A stretch of DNA of 64,000 bases from Escherichia phage UoN_LDJ77_1, in the sequence record OK570375. One strand, 5' to 3'. A program made the position numbers and the translations under genes. Positions 45,150 through 54,004 of the stretch are shown one piece after another. Within the stretch, counting starts at the first letter, position 1. The number at the start of each line of letters is the position of its first letter. Under the pieces are notes generated by a model. It was not told where the DNA came from and searched no databases. It saw only the letters and a program-made list of their open reading frames with translations.

Positions 45150-46583
45150 TTATTTGCTTTGAATTATACCGCCAGGATTAGCTTCATAAAACTTAGCTAC
45201 ATCCGACTTCTTAATTTTGATTAAACGAGTTTGTTGGCTATTCACATCATTTGTTGGAATAGCAATTTCACAACATAAGTTACTCTGACGAATAGGTGCC
45301 TTTTCACGAATAAACGGAGTATAGTTATTCGTATTATCAATGAACTGTACATAAATCCTTGCTGTTCCTGAACGTTCAGTCATGAGCAATTCAAATAGTT
45401 CACGGGCTTTAATACGCTTTTTACGAATATTAGGGTCTTTTTCTGCTGCTTCGTATAATTCACGGAAACGGTCTTGGTCTTTAAAATAAGAATAATAAAG
45501 CTCGCCACCCATTTCATGCGGACTGAACAAAGTAATGTAATCGTTCTTTCCGAATCGTTCCATCATCAAATCATTCAGCTGAACACCATAATCCATATGA
45601 CGGATACGGTTTTCTTCTACGCCTTTGTTATTTTTCAAAACGAGAAGATTTTCAACTTCCAAATGCCAAATAGGATAATAAGCAGTAGCAGCGCCGCCAC
45701 GAATTCCGCCCTGTGAGCATGATTTAACAGCAGTCTGAAAATGTTTCCAAAAAGGAATAACCCCAGTATGGCGTACTTCACCCATGCCAATCTTAGAACC
45801 TTCGGCACGAATCATACCAACGTTAATACCAATTCCAGCGCGTTTAGAGATATATTCAACAATTGAAGCGGAAGCCTTATTGATAGACTTCAGCGAATCA
45901 CCTGCCTCAATAACAACACATGAACTAAACTGTCGAGTCGGAGTACGACAACCAGCCATAATAGGAGTTGGCAGTGAAATCTGTCGAGTAGATACTGCTT
46001 CATAAAAACGGATAACATGTTTTAATCTATCAACAGGTTCATCTTGATGCAATGCCATTCCAATAGCCATAAATGCAAACTGTGGAGTTTCATAAATTTG
46101 ACCAGTGGTTTTATCTTTAACTAGATATTTTTCTTTTAATTGCATCGCCCCAGAATAAGTAAATTCCATATCCCGTTCATGCTTAATTTTTGATTCTAAA
46201 AATGTAATTTCTTCTGCTGAATATTTTGACAATAATTCAGGGTCATATTTACCTTCATTTACACAGTAAGAAATATGGTCAATAAATGAACGTGGTTCAT
46301 ACTGCCCATAAACATGCTTACGAAGAGCGAACATTAAACAGCGTGCAGCTACATATTGATAATCAGGCTCTTCAACCGAAATAGAATTCGCAGCAGCCTT
46401 AATGACAATAGTCTGAATGTCATCAGTTGTCATTCCATCACGGAGATATGATTTAATATTTTCATATAATTCATAAGGATCTACTGATGTTCCCTCAGAT
46501 GCCCAAGATAAAACTTTAATAATTTTTTGCGGGTCAAAGCTCTGAGAAACACCACTACTTTTGATAACATTAATTAATTGCAT
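45150..46583 (-). CDS. nrdA: ribonucleotide reductase alpha subunit, N-terminal part (NrdA-a or exon 1)
   Basis: 477-aa ORF; NrdA homology through active-site motif SNLCCEIAIPTNDVN; last ~30 residues not NrdA-like. Confidence 0.85.
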   Translation of the reverse strand: MQLINVIKSSGVSQSFDPQKIIKVLSWASEGTSVDPYELYENIKSYLRDGMTTDDIQTIVIKAAANSISVEEPDYQYVAARCLMFALRKHVYGQYEPRSFIDHISYCVNEGKYDPELLSKYSAEEITFLESKIKHERDMEFTYSGAMQLKEKYLVKDKTTGQIYETPQFAFMAIGMALHQDEPVDRLKHVIRFYEAVSTRQISLPTPIMAGCRTPTRQFSSCVVIEAGDSLKSINKASASIVEYISKRAGIGINVGMIRAEGSKIGMGEVRHTGVIPFWKHFQTAVKSCSQGGIRGGAATAYYPIWHLEVENLLVLKNNKGVEENRIRHMDYGVQLNDLMMERFGKNDYITLFSPHEMGGELYYSYFKDQDRFRELYEAAEKDPNIRKKRIKARELFELLMTERSGTARIYVQFIDNTNNYTPFIREKAPIRQSNLCCEIAIPTNDVNSQQTRLIKIKKSDVAKFYEANPGGIIQSK

Positions 46584-46900
46584 AAGTCCTCAACTTGAAA
46601 ATCGTCTTTAAACAGTCGGTTAACTATATGAGCTATTATATCACCATGACACGGCTTTGGTTTACATGTGCATCCTAGCCTCATTCCACGTAAAGGCTCT
46701 AAATGTGCTTTAGTTATTTCTCCGGATTTAATTCGACGTATAAAATCTTTTTTGAATAATTCAATGGCAGCCTCCCGGCTGCCAGCATCTTTACCGACGT
46801 AATTTCCCCAAAATGTACCACGGTGAATATTAACATCAAAGTCGGATTTGTATTTATTCACTACCCGACATAGACGGCCCGCGCGGTGATAATTCGGCAT
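46574..46900 (-). CDS. DUF4326-like Cys/His protein
   Basis: 108-aa ORF; motifs HRGTFWGN and [13 protein letters not shown]. Confidence 0.6.
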   Translation of the reverse strand: MPNYHRAGRLCRVVNKYKSDFDVNIHRGTFWGNYVGKDAGSREAAIELFKKDFIRRIKSGEITKAHLEPLRGMRLGCTCKPKPCHGDIIAHIVNRLFKDDFQVEDLCN

Positions 46901-47117
46901 ATTGTTTTTCCGTTAAAACAGTAATATCGTAGTAACAGTCAGAAGAAGTTTTAACTGTGGAAATTTTATTATCAAAATACTCACGAGTCATTTTATGAGT
47001 ATAGTATTTTTTACCATAAATGATAATAGGCTGTTCTGGTCCTGGAACTTCTAACTCGCTTGGGTTAGGAAGTGTAAAAAGAACAACGCCAGAAGTATCT
47101 TTAAATCGTAAAATCAT
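46854..47117 (-). CDS. hypothetical protein
   Basis: 87-aa ORF overlapping downstream ORF by 47 nt in a different frame. Confidence 0.45.
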   Translation of the reverse strand: MILRFKDTSGVVLFTLPNPSELEVPGPEQPIIIYGKKYYTHKMTREYFDNKISTVKTSSDCYYDITVLTEKQYAELSPRGPSMSGSE

Positions 47118-47974
47118 ATTGCCATTTTCCCTTTAATTGCTGGATGCGATTCATAATTTTCAAGGATAAAATCTTTCGGTTTCATGTATTCAGTTAACCA
47201 GTAAAGCTGTGTTTCGGTGTCACAATTTCCAAACTCTATAGGCCAATCAATTTTAAGTTCACACAGTTCTTTAGGCTCACGACGTAAAATTTCTTTACAT
47301 TGTTCTACGTGATTCATATAGATATGAGTATTACCACCAGAAAATATCAAATCTCCTGGGATAAGATTACACATCTTAGCTACAATATGAACTAGTGCAG
47401 CATATGATGCAATATTAAATGGAAGACCGAGGAAAACATCTACTGATCGTTGATACCACTGAAGGTCAAGGTATCCATTACGAACATTAAATTGATAAAA
47501 CATATGACAAGGCGGTAATGCCATCTGCTTGAGTTCAGCTGGATTCCATGCTGAAACAATTTGACGCCTATCATTTGGCAGTTTTTTAATACGATCAATA
47601 ACTTCTATAATTTGGTCTACACCACCAAAATCACGCCACTGTTTTCCATAAATTGGACCAAGTTCACCACTATGGTATCCTAAATCTTTTGCTTGATTTT
47701 CGTAATTTTCATCCCAGACTGTTTTGCCTTGGATTAACGAATCATGCTGAATTAATCGTAAATCATTGACATTTGTGCTTCCTGATAAGAACCACAATAA
47801 CTCAGAAATGCAAGCTTTCCAGGCGAGCTTTTTAGTTGTTACTGCAGGAAAACCTTTGGTTAAATCCCAACGCAATTTAGTACCGAACAAAGCAATTGTT
47901 CCTGTGCCTGTTCGGTCATCAGTTTCATAACCATTTTCAAAAATGTCTTTAATTAAATCTTGGTATTGTTTCAT
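47114..47974 (-). CDS. td: thymidylate synthase (uninterrupted)
   Basis: Contiguous 286-aa ORF with active-site LPPCH; no intron. Confidence 0.95.
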   Translation of the reverse strand: MKQYQDLIKDIFENGYETDDRTGTGTIALFGTKLRWDLTKGFPAVTTKKLAWKACISELLWFLSGSTNVNDLRLIQHDSLIQGKTVWDENYENQAKDLGYHSGELGPIYGKQWRDFGGVDQIIEVIDRIKKLPNDRRQIVSAWNPAELKQMALPPCHMFYQFNVRNGYLDLQWYQRSVDVFLGLPFNIASYAALVHIVAKMCNLIPGDLIFSGGNTHIYMNHVEQCKEILRREPKELCELKIDWPIEFGNCDTETQLYWLTEYMKPKDFILENYESHPAIKGKMAI

Positions 47975-48018
47975 TTAGTACCTTATATAAATTATAATAC
48001 ATTTTATGAAGCTAATAA

Positions 48019-48366
48019 TTAATATGGTTTAGCAACAAATTTTCTCTCAATTTCAGGTGTGAAATATAATTCTTTACCGCGTTTAGAAAAGCGACCAATA
48101 ATATGATAATTATTCTCATCAAACGTGATATTACCAATATCCATAGCTTTCAACCAAATATCGATATTTCTATCCAGCTTTATGTCAAAATTCCAATACG
48201 GAGAACTATTACCGAAAATACTGCAAGCGGATTCAGTGAAACAACTGCTATAAATCTTGTCTTTAGGAACTACTAATTGATAGACGCCTTTAATAAACTG
48301 AGGACCCTGCCATTTAGGTTGTTTCACGTCTTTTTCTAATAGAATAGGGTAATAATTAAAATTCAT
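48019..48366 (-). CDS. hypothetical protein between frd and td
   Basis: 115-aa ORF; no recognisable motif. Confidence 0.5.
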   Translation of the reverse strand: MNFNYYPILLEKDVKQPKWQGPQFIKGVYQLVVPKDKIYSSCFTESACSIFGNSSPYWNFDIKLDRNIDIWLKAMDIGNITFDENNYHIIGRFSKRGKELYFTPEIERKFVAKPY

Positions 48367-48385
48367 ATTTCCGCCACGCGTTATT

Positions 48386-49212
<827 letters not shown>

Positions 49213-49223
49213 ATTATCTCCTA

Positions 49224-49556
49224 TTAAAAAGGATCAGGAACATATCCGCTAGCTTTAATCATTTTAATTAACGTTAACATTCCTTTGTTAACTGCTCGTG
49301 AGATTTCATCAAAAACTTCATCACTAAAAAGTTCTAACACGCCCTTCTGAACTTTTAATTTACAGCCAACAATTTCGTCATCGCCTATAGTAAATTCGTT
49401 TCCGCCAATTCCACCGAAAAACTTAATTACACCAGTTAACTGTCTTCCACGAGAATATGGGTCGTGTGATAAAGTAATATGAGTCACCCCGGGTACAGTT
49501 TTAAATTGGCAGCGAATATTTACTTGTGAAATTCCAGTTACATGAATGTCAGACAT
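49224..49556 (-). CDS. hypothetical protein (frd.2 position)
   Basis: 110-aa ORF. Confidence 0.55.
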   Translation of the reverse strand: MSDIHVTGISQVNIRCQFKTVPGVTHITLSHDPYSRGRQLTGVIKFFGGIGGNEFTIGDDEIVGCKLKVQKGVLELFSDEVFDEISRAVNKGMLTLIKMIKASGYVPDPF

Positions 49557-49566
49557 AATATTTTCC

Positions 49567-49809
49567 TCAAATAGACTTTTTCACAATTTTCCAATCAGCT
49601 TTAAACTGATCGACGTCAGAGTGATAAATCCAAAATCCTGCGCTTTCACCGTCTTCATAAAGCGGACACCCATCACATTCATCTTCCCATCCCATGCCAC
49701 GTAAAAGGTGTTCAGCTTTTTCAACAAGTTCAGAATCTTTACCGATGATATTAAAATACCATTTACCTCTAACTTCTGAATCTTTGATGCTCTGGCGTTG
49801 TAATCTCAT
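49567..49809 (-). CDS. hypothetical protein (frd.3 position)
   Basis: 80-aa ORF. Confidence 0.55.
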   Translation of the reverse strand: MRLQRQSIKDSEVRGKWYFNIIGKDSELVEKAEHLLRGMGWEDECDGCPLYEDGESAGFWIYHSDVDQFKADWKIVKKSI

Positions 49810-49947
49810 TTTATTCTCCTTAGCAAGCTTTAATCAAAAGATATAAACAGACCAACATAACTGCTGCCATAATATAAGGTGCGAACATTTTCTTTTCTCC
49901 ATTAGTTTTGATAGGGTAATAGTATCACACTACTACCCTTCTGTAAA

Positions 49948-50310
49948 CTACTTTTTGAAAGTTTTTCGCAAAAGTTCAATGATTTCATCTACATTGTTTT
50001 CGTCTACAATGCAGTGAATTTTTGTTACGCCAGAAACCTTGTCTTCTATTTCATCTTCAGAAGTCGGTTCTTTATACTCACGAAAACAATGAAATTCATC
50101 TTCGCAGACGTTGAAGTAAAAATGCTTTCCATTGGCGCATTCTACGTGTTTTACTACTTTAAATCCATCAGCAAAGAAAACTTCTTTAACTTCAAACCAT
50201 CCGCCATTTTCTTGAATAGCTTTAACTATTAATGAATTAGAACGCGGGCGATAATTAATAAATGTATCAATAAGTCTTGGAACAAGTTCGTACTTTTTAT
50301 CAATATACAT
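49948..50310 (-). CDS. hypothetical protein
   Basis: 120-aa ORF. Confidence 0.55.
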   Translation of the reverse strand: MYIDKKYELVPRLIDTFINYRPRSNSLIVKAIQENGGWFEVKEVFFADGFKVVKHVECANGKHFYFNVCEDEFHCFREYKEPTSEDEIEDKVSGVTKIHCIVDENNVDEIIELLRKTFKK

Positions 50311-50354
50311 TATGTTTTCCTCATTTTAATAGAGGCTTGATAGCCCCTCGATAA

Positions 50355-50606
50355 TTACTGTTCAATCAATCCCATGTAAAATTCTGCATCTTCAGCATCC
50401 ATACCATCACAGTATTCATTAGCCATAAATCGTTCAAGAACTTCTAAAGGACCTTCAATAACAATAGAAAAATTGCAATAATTGGGATCATCATGAATAC
50501 TTGTGATACTAAGTTCAGGATAACGATTACGAATAATTTCTTCAATATATTCAAAATCAACGATGTCAATATCAACTTTAGCCATATTGTTTTCCTCTTT
50601 AATCAT
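50355..50606 (-). CDS. hypothetical protein
   Basis: 83-aa ORF; early promoter-like element upstream. Confidence 0.55.
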   Translation of the reverse strand: MIKEENNMAKVDIDIVDFEYIEEIIRNRYPELSITSIHDDPNYCNFSIVIEGPLEVLERFMANEYCDGMDAEDAEFYMGLIEQ

Positions 50607-50628
50607 CAGCAGTATTGCCGATAGTTGT

Positions 50629-50658
50629 ATAGTACCATAAAGCTTTATGCTTGTAAAC
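50629..50658 (-). promoter_or_regulatory. early promoter-like element upstream of ORF 50355-50606
   Basis: Minus strand GTTTAC-18-TACTAT. Confidence 0.45.
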
Positions 50659-50689
50659 CGTTTTGTGAAAAAATTTTTGAAATAAAAAA

Positions 50690-50708
50690 GGGGACCTCTA
50701 GGGTCCCC
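50690..50708 (-). terminator. terminator after gene 32
   Basis: GGGGACCC-UAGA-GGUCCCC followed by U-run on minus strand. Confidence 0.7.
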
Positions 50709-50730
50709 AATTAATTAGTAATATAATCTA

Positions 50731-51639
50731 TTAAAGGTCATTCAAAAGGTCATCCAGGTCCGTGTCATCAGCACTAGATGAACTGCCAGAGCTTGAGCTC
50801 ATAAAATCATCTTCAGTTTTTGTATTGAAGTCATCAACATTGAATGCATCCAAATCATCAGCAACTTTATCAGCTTTCTTAGCAGCAGTTGCTGCGGCAC
50901 CACCCATAGCAGCAGTTCCCATAACTTGACTGAACTTAGTGCTCAGTTCTTCAAACGATTTGAATTTATCTTTAGAAGTCATTTCAGAAAGGTCAACCAT
51001 TTGTTCGAACAGTTCTTTCTGGAAAGATTCATCATCAATGTTTGGAATCGCAGATTGATTCAGGAATTTAGATTCGTCGTAGTTACTAAAACCAGAAACT
51101 TGTTTAACTTTCAGTACAAAGTTAGCACCTTCCCACGGACAAGTTACATCAACTGGAGTTTCACCCATTTCAACATCAACTGCAATCATTGCATTGATTT
51201 TATCCCAGATTTTCTTACCGAAACGATATTTAAATACTTTACCTTCGTTTTCTGGGGCAGCTGGGTCTTTTACAACAAGAATGTTAGCCCAGTAAGAAGT
51301 TTTGCGTTTAACAAGACTGTACTCTTTATTGTCAGTGTTGTACAAATCATTTTTACTGATGTACTGACATACTGGACAAGAATCGTAATCACCGTGGGTA
51401 GATGAACAATTTTCGATATACCATTTACCGTTTTTCTTGAAACCGTGATTTACAAGAATTGCGAACGGTGCTTGTTCATCATTTTTAGACGGAAGAAAAC
51501 GAATTACTGCTTGACCGTTACCCGCATTGTCGAGTTTCAGTTTCCACTCGCCTTTATCTTCAGAAGAAAAACCACCTTTATTTCCAGCCAGTTTAGCCAT
51601 TTGTGCAGCGAGTTCAGCAGTAGATTTACGTTTAAACAT
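50731..51639 (-). CDS. 32: single-stranded DNA-binding protein gp32
   Basis: 302-aa ORF; zinc site [14 protein letters not shown]; acidic C-terminal tail. Confidence 0.95.
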   Translation of the reverse strand: MFKRKSTAELAAQMAKLAGNKGGFSSEDKGEWKLKLDNAGNGQAVIRFLPSKNDEQAPFAILVNHGFKKNGKWYIENCSSTHGDYDSCPVCQYISKNDLYNTDNKEYSLVKRKTSYWANILVVKDPAAPENEGKVFKYRFGKKIWDKINAMIAVDVEMGETPVDVTCPWEGANFVLKVKQVSGFSNYDESKFLNQSAIPNIDDESFQKELFEQMVDLSEMTSKDKFKSFEELSTKFSQVMGTAAMGGAAATAAKKADKVADDLDAFNVDDFNTKTEDDFMSSSSGSSSSADDTDLDDLLNDL

Positions 51640-51700
51640 TTTTATTTCCTTTTTAATTTAATTAACAGTTGGTGCTATGACGATGTATGACCTCATAGCT
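51640..51700 (-). promoter_or_regulatory. gene 32 translational operator (autoregulatory leader)
   Basis: Minus-strand leader UUAAUUAAAUUAAAAAGGAAAUAAAAAUG, A/U-rich with UUAAA repeats immediately 5' of the start. Confidence 0.6.
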
Positions 51701-51722
51701 GGTCAGTGAGATAATTATAATC

Positions 51723-51730
51723 TATTTATA
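51723..51730 (-). promoter_or_regulatory. late promoter TATAAATA upstream of gene 32
   Basis: Minus-strand TATAAATA about 85 nt upstream of gene 32 start. Confidence 0.55.
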
Positions 51731-51738
51731 ATAAGCAA

Positions 51739-52392
51739 TTAATACTTGCAAGATTTCACAGTTTCAATAAAAACATTTTTAGCTTTCTGTGAATCAATAT
51801 TTAAAATTTTTCTATAAGCCTTTAACTTTATAGAATAATTATTCCAGACTAAATTATCAGTCTGTTCATCATGTTTATCAATTATATTTAAAAACGAATC
51901 AAGCAAGATAAACGTTTCAAACGAAATTATATTCGACTGAAGCAGTTTAAAAATATAACTTGATTGAACCTTTGGATTATATTCAAAGATTTCTTTAAAA
52001 GCAGAAACTTCAACTTTTTTACTAAAATAATAAATGTTGCGAATATCTTCTTCAAACTTAAATTTAATTTGCTTTAAGCGTCCGATATATTCACGATAAA
52101 ACACAAGTGCATCAGCGTCAGAGATGTCACCAATCCAAGCATCTTGGTTAGCAACAAGATTGCTTATAAAGATTAAAGCAAGTTCCTTTAATTTATATTT
52201 TTCTGATAACTTCTGGAAAAAATACTTATCCCTTCGCTTTTGATAAGCGGCATCAGACACCCGCATGCACCAATTATACTTAATTACATCATACTTTCCA
52301 TTCATATGTTGTTTTATCATTAAGTATAATTTATAAACTGATTTACCATCAATGTATCTTTCACCACCAGCAGGCATGCGGAGTTTAATCAT
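51739..52392 (-). CDS. 59: helicase loader gp59
   Basis: 217-aa ORF. Confidence 0.9.
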   Translation of the reverse strand: MIKLRMPAGGERYIDGKSVYKLYLMIKQHMNGKYDVIKYNWCMRVSDAAYQKRRDKYFFQKLSEKYKLKELALIFISNLVANQDAWIGDISDADALVFYREYIGRLKQIKFKFEEDIRNIYYFSKKVEVSAFKEIFEYNPKVQSSYIFKLLQSNIISFETFILLDSFLNIIDKHDEQTDNLVWNNYSIKLKAYRKILNIDSQKAKNVFIETVKSCKY

Positions 52393-52727
52393 AGTAGAAA
52401 ATCTAATGTATTAGTTTTTTCACAACGAACAACAGAAGGACGTAAAAGATTTTCGTCGATAGCTTCTGACTGAATTTTTTCAATTATACCCGAAGGAATA
52501 AATTTAGCAAATTGAGTTTCAGGAATAGAGTTTTCTTCCAAGAATGCTGTCGTAGCTTCAAGATAACTCATTCCAAACTCTTCTACCATTTTTTCAATAA
52601 TAAATCCATTTTCTTGACGATCAAGAAGCTTTGCTATTTCATCCTTTTCTTTCTTGATTGAAAGTTCTTTTTCTGAAAGATCGGTCTCATCGACCGGACG
52701 AATATCATTTAGAGAAAACTGTGTCAT
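52389..52727 (-). CDS. 33: late transcription co-activator gp33
   Basis: 112 aa from internal Met (MTQFSLNDIRP...). Confidence 0.85.
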   Translation of the reverse strand: MTQFSLNDIRPVDETDLSEKELSIKKEKDEIAKLLDRQENGFIIEKMVEEFGMSYLEATTAFLEENSIPETQFAKFIPSGIIEKIQSEAIDENLLRPSVVRCEKTNTLDFLL

Positions 52728-52974
52728 AAAGTTCAACTACCTCTTCAGTTTCAGCTTCAAACACATCACGATTATCTTTATGATACAAAGCTAATAGACG
52801 ATTAAACATCTTACCATCAACGCCAAGTTCATCTTTGGCACGAATTCGAATATCTTTAATCAATTCATTATAACCAGAAATTTTCAGTTTATGATCAGAT
52901 GCTTCTTTAATAAATTTAGCCAAGTCTTCGCCATGGATAGCTTCATCAAATTCAACCATTTCTTTTTTAGCCAT
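52705..52974 (-). CDS. dsbA: dsDNA-binding protein DsbA
   Basis: 89-aa ORF. Confidence 0.85.
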   Translation of the reverse strand: MAKKEMVEFDEAIHGEDLAKFIKEASDHKLKISGYNELIKDIRIRAKDELGVDGKMFNRLLALYHKDNRDVFEAETEEVVELYDTVFSK

Positions 52975-52982
52975 TATTCACC

Positions 52983-53900
52983 TCAAAATTCATTAATGCT
53001 ATTAGTTAATTTAGAAAGACCCGCTTTTACAAAATATGAATAAATTTTGCCACGCGGTGGTAATTTATATGAATTATAGTAATTCACAATGTTTGAAGCA
53101 ATATTATCAGGAATATAATCAAAATCAATTAGAACTAAATTTTCTTTATATCGATTATATTCAGATTCAGTGAGAAGCACCTTAGCTTGCTCACGGTCAT
53201 TAGCAATAGCTTCAACGATTGAAGTTTTCATTGAAGGAGTTCGTTCACCTTCAACTCTGGTAAACCAGAAGTCAGATCGTACTTTAACTGAAGCAACGTT
53301 ATCCTTTTTGTCACCTTTAAGGATTTTAGTCATACAGTCAATTTCAGCAGAACCGCTTTTAATTTTAACCCATTTCTTATGCATCGGTGACCATTGCTTA
53401 ACATTTGGATATTTATGAAGCTGTGTAAAGTCACCATCCGATGAAATGATTAAAATCTTATGTCCTTCTAAAGAGAACTTTTTAACAAGAACAGCAATAT
53501 GGTCATCTGCTTCATACTTATCAATATCCATAACAATGTATGGCATATAAGCTTTCAATTCATCTATAACTTTATGGCTGGATTCAAAATAACCTTCCCA
53601 GTCCCAAGTCGATTCTTCTCGTGCCTTTCCACGGTTTTTCTTGTAATAATACGCGAAATCACGACGCCAATATCCAGATTTCGCGTTATCAATACACAGT
53701 ACAATTTTAGTGTATCCAAGAGCTTTTGCTTTTTTGACATTAAACTTAATTGAGTTCAATATCAAATGACGAACCATTGATAAATTAATTTTTTCTTTAT
53801 CTGGGAAGTTTACCAAAGCAGTTGAAAGCGCAATTTGACTAAAGTCAATTAAGCAAATTCCTTCTTTGTAATCTTCATCCAGCATCATTTCTAAATCCAT
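52983..53900 (-). CDS. rnh: RNase H (5'-3' exonuclease)
   Basis: 305 aa from internal Met (MDLEMMLDED...). Confidence 0.9.
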   Translation of the reverse strand: MDLEMMLDEDYKEGICLIDFSQIALSTALVNFPDKEKINLSMVRHLILNSIKFNVKKAKALGYTKIVLCIDNAKSGYWRRDFAYYYKKNRGKAREESTWDWEGYFESSHKVIDELKAYMPYIVMDIDKYEADDHIAVLVKKFSLEGHKILIISSDGDFTQLHKYPNVKQWSPMHKKWVKIKSGSAEIDCMTKILKGDKKDNVASVKVRSDFWFTRVEGERTPSMKTSIVEAIANDREQAKVLLTESEYNRYKENLVLIDFDYIPDNIASNIVNYYNSYKLPPRGKIYSYFVKAGLSKLTNSINEF

Positions 53901-53929
53901 ATGAACCTCGTTCAATTAGTGAGATTTCT

Positions 53930-53959
53930 ATTATATACTATCCAAATCTTAAAGTAAAC
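53930..53959 (-). promoter_or_regulatory. early promoter-like element upstream of rnh
   Basis: Minus strand GTTTAC-18-TATAAT. Confidence 0.5.
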
Positions 53960-53962
53960 AAG

Positions 53963-53970
53963 TATAAATA
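53963..53970 (+). promoter_or_regulatory. late promoter TATAAATA (gene 34)
   Basis: Exact motif 35 nt upstream of gene 34. Confidence 0.7.
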
Positions 53971-54004
53971 CTTATTATTGAAAACACAATAGGAGCCCGG
54001 GAGA

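Noticed and set aside
50926-51405. 159-aa plus-strand ORF inside gene 32
   Set aside because: Antisense to a highly conserved essential gene; Phe/Asn-rich low-complexity product typical of AT-rich antisense frames.
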